Below, piece by piece: positions 6,885 to 20,700 of a stretch of 64,000 nt of DNA. The notes under the pieces were generated by a model, which saw nothing but the letters and a program-made list of their open reading frames with translations, did not search any database and was not told the origin of the DNA. The stretch lies in the IMG/VR virus record IMGVR_UViG_2716884767_000001, positions 1 to 64,000 of that record. The stretch is one strand, 5' to 3'. The translations under genes and the position numbers were made by a program. The stretch comes from a virus. Positions within the stretch are counted from its first letter, which is position 1. Every line of letters starts with the position of its first letter.

Positions 6885-8786
6885 ATGCCTTTCTCAAATT
6901 TTACAAATCTTGATTTCGATCAGATAAAAACATCAATTAAGGACTATTTAAGAGCAAATTCTAATTTTTCGGACTTTGACTTTGATGGTTCAAACTTTTC
7001 TGTCTTAATTGACACACTTGCGTATAACACATATATTACTGCATTTAACTCAAACATGGTTGTAAATGAATCTTTTCTCGATTCTGCAACTTTAAGAGAG
7101 AATGTGGTTTCATTAGCATCAAACATTGGATATACACCAAGGTCTAGAACGGCAGCAAACGCACAAATATCGTTTGATGTTACTATCAGTAATAGTGTGA
7201 GTTCAGTCACCTTACAACCTGGTATAGTATGCACAGGAGACGTTGATAATGAGACATATACTTTTGCAATTACAGAGCCAATAAGTGTAAATGTTGTTGA
7301 TGGGGTTGCAAAGTTTGAAAATATTAATGTTTATCAAGGAACTTACCTTGAAAAAACATTTAAATATGATGGATCACTTGATCAAAGATTTATATTAGAT
7401 AATGCATTCATAGATACTTCAAAAATTGTTGTTTATGTCAAACCATCTGGATCTGATGGAAATGGAACTGAATATACACTAATAGATGATATTGTTAACA
7501 TTGATTCAAATTCAAAAATTTTCTTAATTAAAGAAATACAGGATGAAAGATATGAACTCAAATTTGGAGATGGATTTTTTGGTAAAAAATTAGGAAATGG
7601 TGCTAATCAGGATGGTGATGAAATTAATGTTAAATATATTACAACAAATGGTGAGGAAGGAAATGGTGCACAAGTTTTTACTTTCTCTGGAATATTAAAA
7701 TCTGGAAACACAATCGTAAATTTTGAAACTCCATCAATTATAACGAATGTCAAAGCACAAAATGGAGGAAATATTGAATCTATTGATTCAATTAAGTATT
7801 TTTCACCGATAACATACTCATCTCAGAATCGAGCAGTTACATCAAGGGATTATGAGTCAATAATTAAGAAAATTTATCCAAATACAGAGTCTGTTTCAGT
7901 AATCGGTGGTGAAGAACTAGATCCACCAGAATTTGGTACAGTTGTAATCAGCATAAAACCCAAAAATGGTGATTTATTATCAGATTTTTCAAAAAATCAA
8001 ATTTTATCAAAATTAAAGCAATATACAATTTCAGGTATTAATCAAAAAATTGTAGATCTTAAAATATTATACATTGAACTTGATTCAAACGTGTATTATA
8101 ACGATTCTTTTATATCATCAGCTGATTCTTTAAAAACAACTGTTATAGATTCTCTCACAAAGTATTCCCAATCGATTAACTTAAATCAATTTGGTGGAAG
8201 ATTGAAATATAGTAAGTTGTTAAGTGTTATTGACAATAATAATAAAGGAATTACATCAAATATAACTAAAATTAGAATGCGTCGTAATTTGCAAATAGTA
8301 TCAAACAAATTTTCACAATATGAATTGTGTTTTGGTAACAAATTTTACGTTGATCCTAATGGATTTAATATAAAATCAACTGGTTTTTCTATTTTTGGAA
8401 AATCAGGAACTTTTTATCTATCAGATGTTCCAAATTCTGATCTTATAACAGGAGTTTTACGTATAATTCAAATATTAGAAGATGGATCAATAGGTAATAT
8501 AATTTCAAATGCAGGATCAATCGATTATGAAAAAGGTGAAGTAAACATATCCACAATTAATTTTTTATCAACAGAAAAACCCAATAATATTATTGAAGTA
8601 CAAGCATTTCCAAGATCAAATGATGTTGTTGGATTGAAAGATTTATATGTTTCACTTAACATCTCAAATAGTTCAATAAATATGGTAAGAGATGTTATTT
8701 CATCAGGAGATGAAGTTTCTGGAGTTCAATTTACCAGAGATTTCTACTCATCAAGTTATCCAAACGGAAAAATAATTAGGACATGA
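6885..8786 (+). CDS. gp6: Baseplate wedge subunit gp6
   Basis: LDFDQIK..IKDYL, FDGSN.SVLID.LAYNT, FGDG..G and QNRAVT..DY. Confidence 0.95.
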   Translation: MPFSNFTNLDFDQIKTSIKDYLRANSNFSDFDFDGSNFSVLIDTLAYNTYITAFNSNMVVNESFLDSATLRENVVSLASNIGYTPRSRTAANAQISFDVTISNSVSSVTLQPGIVCTGDVDNETYTFAITEPISVNVVDGVAKFENINVYQGTYLEKTFKYDGSLDQRFILDNAFIDTSKIVVYVKPSGSDGNGTEYTLIDDIVNIDSNSKIFLIKEIQDERYELKFGDGFFGKKLGNGANQDGDEINVKYITTNGEEGNGAQVFTFSGILKSGNTIVNFETPSIITNVKAQNGGNIESIDSIKYFSPITYSSQNRAVTSRDYESIIKKIYPNTESVSVIGGEELDPPEFGTVVISIKPKNGDLLSDFSKNQILSKLKQYTISGINQKIVDLKILYIELDSNVYYNDSFISSADSLKTTVIDSLTKYSQSINLNQFGGRLKYSKLLSVIDNNNKGITSNITKIRMRRNLQIVSNKFSQYELCFGNKFYVDPNGFNIKSTGFSIFGKSGTFYLSDVPNSDLITGVLRIIQILEDGSIGNIISNAGSIDYEKGEVNISTINFLSTEKPNNIIEVQAFPRSNDVVGLKDLYVSLNISNSSINMVRDVISSGDEVSGVQFTRDFYSSSYPNGKIIRT

Positions 8787-11638
8787 TACAAACAGGGATT
8801 GTAAGTAAAGTAAAAATACAAGATATATTATCGAATCAACTTCCCAATTTTATTCGGGATGAAAGTCCTCTTACTGTTGATTTTTTAAAACAATATTATA
8901 TTTCACAAGAATATCAAGGTGGTCCTACTGATATTTCTGATAATTTAGATCAATATATTAACGTTACTAATTTAACACCAGAAGTTATAGTTGATACCTC
9001 TACTACAGTTGGTATTACTACCATTGGTGCTAAAATAATTAATGTTACTAGCACAAAAGGATTTCCAAATCAGTATGGTTTATTAAAGATTGATAATGAG
9101 ATAATTACTTACACAGGGATTACCACAAATTCTTTCATTGATTGTAAACGTGGATTTAGTGGTATTACAAGTTATCATGCTGATTTAGAAAAGGATGATT
9201 TAGTATTTAATTCATCAACAGCAGAAAGTCACGTCGCATCATCTTCTGTTCAGAATTTAAGTTCATTATTTTTAAAAGAATTTTATAAAAAATTTAAAGC
9301 AACATTTTTACCAGGATTAGAGGAGACTGATTTTCAATCAAATTTAGACGTTGGAACATTTATAGGAGAAGCAAGGTCATTATATCAGACAAAAGGAACA
9401 GATGAGTCATTTCGAATATTATTTAATGTTTTATATGGTGTAACACCGTCTATTCTTAATTTAGAAGAGAGATTGATAAAACCCTCATTTGCAAATTATG
9501 TAAGAAGAAGAGTTTGTGTTGCCGAACTTTTAGAAGGAAATCCTCGAAAACTTCAAGGACAATCTTTACTTAAAGGATTGACTGGACAAACTTTGTTTAG
9601 AAGTGATCTTGATATTGATGTAAACGCATCAATATCTGAAATTGAACCTTTTGAAAGAACTGATTCTGGTTTGAGTGGAATCACAACTTACTATAAGATT
9701 GGTTTATTTATTGGATATGACGATAATTCAGATGTAAGAAGTGATTTTATAGTTGTTCCAAATACAAAATCAATTGAAAATGTCTCAGTTGGTGCAAGTA
9801 TAATTACTGTTGATTCAACGGTTGGTTTTGGAACTACAGGAACAATTGTATCAGGTGTAAACACAATCACATACACTGATAAAACAGTAAATCAATTTTT
9901 GAATTGTACAGGTGTTACGAGTGCAATAGAACCGATACAAAATATTAGATCAAATATAACTTATTTTGGTTTTGAGGATGGTGACTTAGATAAAAAAGTA
10001 GTATTAAGATTAACTGGAGTTATTTCTGAGTTTGAGCAAGAAGGAAATATTGATGTTGATGAAGGGGAAATAATTTCTATTAAACATATTGGTGATAAAG
10101 TTCAAAATCCTGAGAGTAATGCTACATATAAGGAAACTTTTTCAAATTCATGGATTTATAATACAAGTTCTTCATATTTTATTATTGACAAGCAGGGTAC
10201 TAGTTATACTCTAGGTAGTGTAATTGACCAATCAAGTTTAAAAATTGGTGATACTGTTGAGATTGTTCAAAGAGATAGTAATAAAATTATATCATCAAGT
10301 GATGAAATTCGTGTGGTGAATATTAACAAAACTCAAAATTCTGTTACTTTAAGTGATAGTGTTATTTCAGATTTTGTTACAGAAGAAGATAAAGAAGAAT
10401 TTAAGTTAAGAAAAAAATTAAATAAACCAAATAGTTCTGGTGCTGTAATAGAGTATGGTTCCAACTTGATATCAGATATTCAAAATGTTTATGTTGATGA
10501 TGAAAATGCATATATTACATCAAACTCATTACCATCATTTTCAAATACATCTAACAAGTATTTCGATCAAATAAAAATAAACACAAAAAATATTTCAGCA
10601 AATTTCGCAGATGCTGATAATGTAATATTAGAAGATTCAGTAGATGATGAAACGACTTTTTCAACAATAAAATTTGGATCTGCTGTTCCATTTAAAACTG
10701 GAGATAAAATATTTTACAGTTTTACCAATGGAAATTCACTTGTAGGTTTGGAGACTGGTGCTTACTATCTAAAAGTTTTTGGTGATAATCAAAAAATTAA
10801 ATTATATGGATCTCCTTCGGGTTTAGATGATGGACAGAATATTAATATTTCAAGAGATCCAAATGATGGAATTCATAATTTTATTTTATTTTCACAAAGA
10901 TCAAATGAAATTGGTGCTCAGAAGTTAGTAAAAAAATTCACTCTATCTCAAAATATAGGGAATGGGGAAAATGAAATAACACCAGTAGGTGAAACAGGAA
11001 TATTAATTAATGGAGTTGAAATTAAAAATTATAAATCAGATGATAAGATATATTTTGGACCATTAACTTCTGTTGATGTTTTAAATTCTGGTGAAGATTA
11101 TGATGTAATAAATTTACCTAATATTACAATATCAACTGGAGTTGGCACAACTGCATTAGTACAACCTGTTGTATCTGGTAAAGTTGAAGATATTTTTGTA
11201 GATCCTCAAAATTTTGATGTTGATCGAATAGTATCAATTGGAATAACTGGAGGTAATGGATCTGGTTGCATATTGGAACCAATTATAGGTACAAGATTTA
11301 GAAAAGAATTCTTTAGAACAGAACCAATAACAAACGAAAATAGTAGTGGTATTAATACATCCAATGAAACTATTACATTTTTGGAAGAGCATAATTTTGT
11401 TGATGGAGATAAAGTAATTTATGATTCCAATTCTCGTGAACCTATAAAAATTGTGGGTGTTGCAACTAATAAATTAGTCAATAATTCAGCTTACTATGTT
11501 GGGTTAGTTAATACAAAGACAATTAAATTATATGAAACATTTGAAGATTATTCATCTGGAATATCAACAATAAATTTAGATGCTAATAGTGGATTAGGTG
11601 ACCATATTTTTAAAATTGGATTAAAAATTCTTTATTAG
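8783..11638 (+). CDS. gp7: Baseplate wedge initiator (gp7-like giant protein), N-terminal part; frameshifted
   Basis: QLP.FI, Y..KGT.ESF.ILF..LYG; lies between gp6 and gp8; continues in the -1 frame after the A5 run at 11623-11627. Confidence 0.8.
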   Translation: MIQTGIVSKVKIQDILSNQLPNFIRDESPLTVDFLKQYYISQEYQGGPTDISDNLDQYINVTNLTPEVIVDTSTTVGITTIGAKIINVTSTKGFPNQYGLLKIDNEIITYTGITTNSFIDCKRGFSGITSYHADLEKDDLVFNSSTAESHVASSSVQNLSSLFLKEFYKKFKATFLPGLEETDFQSNLDVGTFIGEARSLYQTKGTDESFRILFNVLYGVTPSILNLEERLIKPSFANYVRRRVCVAELLEGNPRKLQGQSLLKGLTGQTLFRSDLDIDVNASISEIEPFERTDSGLSGITTYYKIGLFIGYDDNSDVRSDFIVVPNTKSIENVSVGASIITVDSTVGFGTTGTIVSGVNTITYTDKTVNQFLNCTGVTSAIEPIQNIRSNITYFGFEDGDLDKKVVLRLTGVISEFEQEGNIDVDEGEIISIKHIGDKVQNPESNATYKETFSNSWIYNTSSSYFIIDKQGTSYTLGSVIDQSSLKIGDTVEIVQRDSNKIISSSDEIRVVNINKTQNSVTLSDSVISDFVTEEDKEEFKLRKKLNKPNSSGAVIEYGSNLISDIQNVYVDDENAYITSNSLPSFSNTSNKYFDQIKINTKNISANFADADNVILEDSVDDETTFSTIKFGSAVPFKTGDKIFYSFTNGNSLVGLETGAYYLKVFGDNQKIKLYGSPSGLDDGQNINISRDPNDGIHNFILFSQRSNEIGAQKLVKKFTLSQNIGNGENEITPVGETGILINGVEIKNYKSDDKIYFGPLTSVDVLNSGEDYDVINLPNITISTGVGTTALVQPVVSGKVEDIFVDPQNFDVDRIVSIGITGGNGSGCILEPIIGTRFRKEFFRTEPITNENSSGINTSNETITFLEEHNFVDGDKVIYDSNSREPIKIVGVATNKLVNNSAYYVGLVNTKTIKLYETFEDYSSGISTINLDANSGLGDHIFKIGLKILY

Positions 11639-11790
11639 ATATAAAGGTCATAGATGGTGGTCAAAATTACACTAATAGAAAGTTAATTGTCAAACCAACG
11701 GGTATATCCACAGCAAATAATACAATCAATTTTACAAATCATGGATTTAATGATGGTGATTTAATTGAATATACTGGAAATATTTCGGGA

Positions 11791-14700
11791 TTGAACCAAA
11801 ATAATAATTATTACGTTATTAAAACCGATGATAATTCTTTTAGTTTAAGTAATGCTGGAGTTGGTGGAACAATAATATCAAACTATCAAAGAGAAGAGAT
11901 AGTAACTTTAAATTCTGTAGGTTCAGGATCTCATATTTTTAAATTTCCAGATATTAAAGTATCTGTATCAATCGCAAATACAGTAGGAGTTGGAACCACA
12001 AGTTTAATTGCAACACCTAAAGTAAGAGGATCTATCAAACAACTATATCTTTATGAACCTGGTACTGGTTATGGTTCAACAACTGTTAATAATCATAAAA
12101 GACCAATAATAACTTTAAAAAATGGTAAAAATGCATCATTAACACCTATTATCAAAAATGGTGCAATTTCAGAAGTTACAATTCAATCAGGTGGAGGAGA
12201 ATATTTTTCAGTTCCTGACCTTGAGGTTATAGATTCAACTGGTAAAGGTGTTGGAGGATTGTTAAGACCAGTAATATCAAACCAAAGAATAACTGATGTT
12301 ATAATCATTAATTCTGGAATTGGATATTCAACTTCATCATCAATAAATGTTAAACCTGCAGGTAAAAATGCATTATTTAATTCTAGTGTAAGGTCACTCA
12401 CCATAAACAAAGGCAATAATGAAAATGGAATTAAAGTTACTGAACATTTAGAGGAATCTGAAAATAAACTTAAGTATAGTTTTATTGGTTATTCAACAAG
12501 TCCATTTAATGACGGTGGTGAAAAAGTATCTAAAATTATTGGATGGGCATATGATGGGAATCCAATATATGGACCTTTTGCTTATGATAATCCAGAAAAT
12601 CCCCCCAGTAATGATATTGGTAGAAGAAGATTAGAATCAGGATATACACTTAATACTGCAAATATAGTTGATAGACCGAATTTTGTAGGTGGTTTCTTTG
12701 TGGAAGATTATATTTTTACAAATGCTGGAGATTTAGATGAACATAATGGTAGATTTGAAATTACTGAAGATTTTCCAAATGGTGTTTATACATATCATGC
12801 CACAGTGGATGCAGATAATAATCCAACATTCCCATATTTTATAGGAAACACTTATAGATCTAAAAAAGAAAATTTTAACTTTGAAAATAATTTACAGACA
12901 AACTTTGATTTTACTGGTAACAACTTACTAAGAAATACATTTCCTTATAAAGTTGCAGACAATTTTGCAAATAACGATTTTATTGTTGAGACTAATGAAA
13001 TTGAAGATCAAAAAATTGAAATAACGTCAGTTTCATCTGGATCAGTTACTGGATTTGAAATTTTAAGTAGTGGTTCTGATTATAAAGTGGATGAATTGTT
13101 AAGTTTCGATTTAGATAATTCTGATGATTTAATTGCATCAATATCAAAAGTAAAAGGACAAACAATAACAAATTTAACATCTGAGATTGAAAAAACAGAA
13201 GATTCGGTATTATTATGGTCTGATGGTAAGATAAAAGTGGTTACACCAACTAGTCATACTTTTAATACTAATGATGTAATTAATATATCAGGTTTGACAA
13301 CTGATTTGTCATCATTAAACGGTAGTTATAAGATTGGAATTACTACATCTGCATCAAAAACAATATCTGCAATTACATCTTCACCTGTTGCAGGATTTAC
13401 AACAGAAATATTTGTTTCAAGTATACCATCATCTATTTCTGTAGGAAGTAGTATTGGTATAGGAACTGAGACTTTAAAAATATTGAACATTTACGATAAT
13501 TTAAATATTTTAACTGTTCAAAGAGGTACACTTGCTTATGGCACGGTTCACAATCGAGGAACTCAAGTAAATTATTTACCTGATTCATTTGTATTCAATA
13601 AAAATATATCTTTCTTTGATTCTATAGTTAACAAAAAAGTATTTTTCAATCCAGATCAAACAGTTGGTTTAGGAACTGATGATGGAACTGAAAACACGTT
13701 ATCATTCTCCTTTGCTGGTAGTAATGTAACAAGAAATGTACCAACAAAACAAATACATCTTGAGAATCACCCATTTAAAACAAATGAAAAAGTAATATTT
13801 ACAATACCTGGTGGATCTCCCGTAATTGCAATATCAACTGATAAAGATTCTCCTACATTTAACCTTTCAACTGGTGATTCTTTATATATTGTAAATAAAA
13901 CAATTAATACAGTAGGTATAAAAACAGGTATTGGAAATAATTTTAATGAAGTATATTTTAGAAATATTAACAGTGCTGATAGTGATCTATATTCATTTGA
14001 AACTGATTTCAATCAAGTTAAAACCACTGTTAGTAGAGTAAAAACAACAGTAACCACATCTTCATCACATGATTTAGAAAATAATGATTCAATTGACTTA
14101 TTAGTCAAACCTAAATTATCGGTTGGTATAGGAACTTCATCTCATGTAAGAATTTTAAGAGATACTCAAACAGGTAATTTATTAATCAATCCAATTTCAT
14201 TCAGTAATGCTGGAATATCAACATTGACAAATACAATTACTATAGTTGATCATGGATTAAAAACAGGTGAAAAAGTTAAATATAATTCAAATTTACTTCC
14301 AGAAGGATTAGAAAATCAAAATTATTTTGTATATAAAGTTGATGATGATAATATTAAATTATCAAAAACATTTAAAGATTCGAAAAAACTAATACCAAAT
14401 ATAGTTGGTTTGGGGTCTACAGGTGGAACGTCACAATCTCTATCCTTAATCAATCCACAATTAATTTCTGTAAAGAATAATAACTTAAGATTTGATTTGT
14501 CTGATTCTTCAGTTTCTGGTTACAAATTAAGATTCTATTATGATCAAGACTATGGTAATGAATTCATATCATCTGGAATTTCCACCACTTTTGATGTGGT
14601 ATCAGTTGGAAATACCACAACAATTGGATTTGGAAGTAGTTTACCAGAAAAATTATTTTATAATCTTGAAAAATCTGGATCAATTAGCACAACTGACACT

Positions 14701-17700
14701 GAAGTTCACAATTATTCAAAAATAATATTTGTAGACAGTGATTATAATGGAACATATAATATAACTGGAATAGGAACTACAACTTTTAGTTTGTTTTTAG
14801 GTAATAGACCTGAAAAATTATCTTATAACAATGTTGAGGCAACTACAACATATAAGACAAATTCAAAAACAGCAAAGGGTGGTATTGAAGCAATAAAAAT
14901 AATATCAAGTGGATCTAATTATAAAAAAATACCTGATTTCGTTGGTGTTTCAGGGACTTCTATTGGTAGAGGTGCTGCTATTATTCCTACATCAAATTCA
15001 ATAGGAATTGTCCAATCTGTGAGAGTTATTAATGAAGGGTTTGAATATTCTTCTGATAAAACTTTAGAACCAGAAAGTTTAATATCTTCAACCATAGAAA
15101 TTAAAAATTCAAGTACTTTAGGTATTGTTAGTGTTACTGATGGTGGATCTGATTATATAAATTCACCAGATATTGTAATTATTGATTCTGATTCTGGAGC
15201 AAAAATTGAAAGTGGTTTTATAGAACCAATAATGCTTGAAAATAGTATTTTATCTGTTGATATTAAAGAACTTCCTAAAGGTCTACCAGTAAATCCTGTA
15301 ACTCTAAGAACTATTAATAATACAAACGGAATCACAATACTTGAAGTTAAATCTAATGCAGGATCTTCCTATACATGTAAATTATCAACTCCAGATGGAT
15401 TATTTTCATCAAACCCATTTGCAGCTAATGATAGAGTTTTTATAGAAGGTATAGAAAAAATTTCTGGAATAGGTTCGGGATTTAATTCTAAAGATTATGG
15501 ATTTAATTTATTAAAAGTAACAAAATTTGATGCAAATGTTGGTGGATTTGCAGAGATAACAATTGATGTATCTGAGTTTGGAGCAAGTAACACAGGTATT
15601 GCAAAAACAATCGTAACAACATTTGCGAATGCTATAAATGAAGCAGATTATCCTAAATTCTTTGTAACACAAAATCAATCTTTATTTGATGTAAATGAAC
15701 CACTAATAATTGGTAACAGAACTTCAAATTTAAAAATTTTAAAAACATCTAATAGTAAGTTAAAAGTATTTGGAACCGATACCTTAAATAAAGGTGATGT
15801 TATAACAGCAAAAAATTCTGGTAGTCAAGCAACAGTTTCTAAAGTTATAGAAAATAAGGGTAGATTAAAGACAGATTTCTCTATTTCAAAGAATATAGGA
15901 TGGAATGATAATATTGGAAAATTAAGTGAAGATTTTCAAGTTATACCTGATAATGATTATTATCAAAATATGTCTTACTCTATTCAAAGTCCTATAGAGT
16001 GGAGAAATTTAGTAACACCTGTTAATAATTTATTACACTCAAGTGGAACTAAAAATTTTGCTGATACTGGAATAACATCTACGACTAACATATCAATAGG
16101 CTCTTCAGATATAGTCTCAGTTATTGTAGATTTATTTGATGAGAGAAGAGTAGATGAATTAAGAAATATTGATACAGTAACGGATGATGATGTGACTGAT
16201 GATAATGTAACTAGAAAAATTGTTTTTGATAACATTCGATTATCAAATTATATTAGTTGTGATACAAATGATGTTCTTGTAATTGATAATATAAATCAAG
16301 AATTTTCTAATTTAGAAGGAGATCCTGACGATTTTCTAACTTTATTTCAATTTGGTCCACAGCAAGTATTTAAAAATTTATTAATAAGAGTATCAAGTGC
16401 TTCTGGTTCATTAAATCGAATACAATTTTCTGAGTTTGTATTATTAAGTAATGATTCTAATAATGTTTTATTAGAAAAATCAAGATTGATAAATTCTGGT
16501 ATCGGTTTAACTACCACTGAGGAGTCTAATTTTGCAACATTTAAATTAAATGAAGATAATGTTACTAAGATTAAATCATTTAGATTTGAACCAACTTTAG
16601 ATCCTAACTTTGATATTGACTATGATTTAAAAATATTCACATCAGATTTTAATACAGATAATGATGGTATTGGAACACAATTAGTTGGTCCTATATTCTT
16701 AAATTCTAGAATTCAAACATGTGCAGCAAATGGCACAACACTGATTTCAGTATATAATTTAAGTCGCAGTGGTATTTTTTATGAATCAAATTATTCTTCT
16801 ATTCATGCGATTGATACGGTAGATAATAGCATGAATTACATTGAGGCACTTGTTTCAAATTCAGGTGATGATACATTTGTTGCACAAGCATATGCTGATA
16901 CTGGATCTAATGGTTTATCTCTTAACCAGATTGGTATTGTAACATCTTACATTGAAAATATTGGTTCTGATCCTTACATGTTTGTGACGTTTGAAAACAA
17001 TAGTTCAAATCCAGTAAAAGTAAAATCTAAAAATATTGGTTTTGGAACGGTTGGATTATCCAATGATACATATAGATTTAAATCACCCAATCAGTCAAAT
17101 GGTTCTGAAAGAACTTCAATATATTCAGGAATTACATCAGTAAATACAGGTGTTTCTACATTTGTTAGTTTAAATTCACAATTGTTCAATACTGTAAAGT
17201 CTGTTGTTGAAGTTAGCATTGGTGCTTCTAAGGCAGTACATGAAATTACAGCACTACATGATGGAACAAATGCTTATGTTCAATCATCTGGATCACTATC
17301 AGTTACAAAAAACAGTAATACAGAATATGATCCATCATCTGGGTTAGGAACATTTAGTGCTTCTTATACAGCAAGTAATTTTGAAATAAAATTCCATCCA
17401 GACGATTTTGTTGGTGTTTCTACAGTTGTCACTTTTAATCACTGTTTCTATACCATTCTTGATAAAGTAAACGACCCATTAACCTTAACATATGGGCCAA
17501 TTACAGAAGATAATGAGGTTAAAGAATATAATGCTTTAGAGGGCACTAGAGTTGAAAAAACAGAGTTTAATTTAAATGTTAATAATATACCAATTTTTGT
17601 AAAATCATTCAATCCTTCAGATGACTCTGTTTTAAATTTATCAACTGGTAAGTTTACAATATCCAATCATTTCTTTAGAGAAAATGAAGAGTTAACATAT

Positions 17701-20700
17701 CTTCCTAAATCAACATTTGTTGGAGTTGGTTCAACTGCGATGCAGTACAAAAACGGATCCATTGTTGATGTTCTCCCATCAACAGTATTTGCAAATACTG
17801 TGACTAATGATTCATTTTTCATATCAACTACAAGATCAGGAACAGCTGTGACATTTATGAGTGTAGGAGAAGGAAATGCTCATAAGTTTGAAATGAAAAA
17901 AAGCAATGAAAAATCTATTATCTCAATTGATGATGTTGTACAATCACCTTTAATTAATACTAATATGAGTCATTTATTGGAGAATAATGTTGGATCTCAA
18001 GTTGGACTTAATACTAGCATTATTAATTTAAGTGGAATTTCAACTATCTCAGTGGGTGATATTTTAAAAATAGACAATGAATTTTTACAAGTTGTAAATG
18101 TAGGTATTGCGACAACAAATGGAAGTCCTGTTGGAACATCGGGAACTTTTAATGTGGTTGAAGTTGAAAGAGGATTTGTGGGTACTTCTAATTCGACTCA
18201 TGCTGATGGAACTACAGTTCAAAGATTTACTGGAACTTATAATATAGTCGAAAGTAAATTATTCTTGAGTGATCCACCAAGGGGTAATCCTAGTAGAGTT
18301 AAGGATGATAGTAATTTAGATTTTCCAAGATCAACCTTTAATGGAAGAGTATACTTAAGAAATAATTATGATAGTAATTTAATATATGATGATATTTCAG
18401 ATAGTTTTACTGGAATAAAATCAACATTTACCTTAAAAGTTGGGGGAGCTAATACAATTGGAGTTGGAACAACTGGTGGAAGTGGTATTTTATTCATAAA
18501 TGGCATTTTCCAATCACCATCAACAGAATTCAATCCAGATAAAAATTTCAAGATAATTGAAAGTGGTTCTGGTGCGACAGGAGTTACAAGTGTGGTATTT
18601 TCAGGAATAACATCAGATAACGGATCTCAGTTTATATCAAATGATAATGTTAACTTTAATGAATTACCAAGAGGTGGTATCCCTATATCATTTGGATCAA
18701 CTGTTACAGGATTAGGTTATGCTCCTTTGGTAGGTGCAAAAGTGAAAGCAACAACAAATGCATCAGGACAGATAACAAACGTTGTTGGAGTCGCATATAG
18801 TGGATCTGCATTAGGAATTCAAACTGCTACTTATAATGAAGTGACAGGTATAATGACAGTCAAAACTGTTAACGAACATAAATTTAAAAATTCAAATGAG
18901 GTGGTATTACTTGGAGGTTTAGAATTTGCTTGTGCTGCTCCTCATGCTGGAGTTACAACAACTATCTTCCCTGATGGCACAATAGGAGATAAATTCCCTG
19001 TCGTATCAATAGCAGCAACAAATGTGTTTGGTGTTAATATTGGTGTTAGTACAATACCTCATGCTTATGTTGGATCAGGTAATGCTTATCCATATTTTAG
19101 TAATTTAACATTTGGATCTGGATATAATGGATTAGTATCAATAGGAGTGACTGTTGAAGATTTTGGATATGAACATCGTTTTGTGTCTGCTGATGTGAAT
19201 GGCATTGATAAAAATACTGGTGGTGATATTACTGCAACTGATGCTGAATATAACCCTACAACGGGTGTTTTAGTTATTACCTCTCCAAATCATGGTATGA
19301 GTGATGACGATCTGGTTTTAATTAAAACTGGTTCAATTAGATTTACATGTGCAAGGGATAATTTTAAAACAGTTCATCCATATCCAAGGTCAACTGATCC
19401 AGTAGCTGGTATCAATACAGTAGTTGATGTATTAAGTCCTGATGTATTCAGTGTGGATGTTGGTGTCAATGTTGGAAGTGGTGCACAAATAACTGCGACT
19501 GCAGGTGTTGGTGGAACAGCAATATTTACAATTGCAGCAGCAGGATCAAATTATAAAGATCCTGAAGTATTTGTATCTGAACCATCATATTCAAATTTAT
19601 CAGTGACTGGTGTTTCAAGATTAGGTATTGGTGCCACAACAGATACAGGAACTGGTTTAAGAGTTAATGCAATAGTAAGTGCGAGTTCAACCACTGGAAT
19701 AGGTTCAACAATGTTTGAAATCTCAAGATATGAAATTGTAAATTCTGGTTATGGATTTAAAGAAGGTGATGTTGTTGAAGCTGTTGGTTTGGTCACCGCA
19801 AAGGGCATGGGATCTCTTCAAACTAGATCAACTCTAAGTATCGATCAAGTTTATAAGGATCGATTTGCAATGTGGCAATTTGGTGAATTTGATTATATCG
19901 ACTCTATCAAATCACTTCAAAACGGAACAAGAACTAGATTCCCACTTAATTTTAATAATGAGTTGATTAGTGTAGAGGCAAGTAATAAACTATCTGAAAG
20001 TGTGGATATTGAGAATATATTCTTAGTTACTATAAATGGTGTTATTCAAGAACCAACTAAAGCATATACTATAAATGGTGGAACTTCTATAAACTTTAGT
20101 GTAGCACCAACTGGTGATTCTGAAGTAGGTAAAAATGATGGTGACGATGTTAGTATTCTATTTTATAGAGGAACATCTGGAGAAGATTCATTAATTGTTG
20201 AAGGAGATGATTCAAATATAAAAACAGGTGATGGAGTAAGAATTGAATCTGGTAATCAAATACCAGCACAAGATACTAGAACCATAACAGGAATTACTAC
20301 ATCGACTGTTTTAGATACAACTGTATATCGAAATCAAGGCATTAGTGATACAATTTCAAGACCTTTAACACTTATCAAACAAAAAAATGATATTACGGTT
20401 AATAAAGTTGTGGTTTCGAAAAAAAGATCTGAGTTAGAACCAAGAATAATACCAATTGCAAAAATAATTGATGATATTTCTACTACAGACTCAGTATTGT
20501 TTACAGATAATGCAGATTTATTTAATTACGAAGATGAAGGAACAGTACTAATAACTGCATCAATTACCAATTTAAGTAATCTCAATTCTGTGAATGCAAA
20601 AGCAACTGCATCTGTTTCATCAGGAGAGGTAACTGGAATAACTACCATAACAAATGGATCTGGTTATACATCTGCTCCAACCGTAAAAATATCTGCACCA

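Noticed and set aside
11605-11638. Programmed -1 ribosomal frameshift
   Set aside because: No in-frame XXXYYYZ heptamer or obvious downstream structure; a homopolymer error is simpler.
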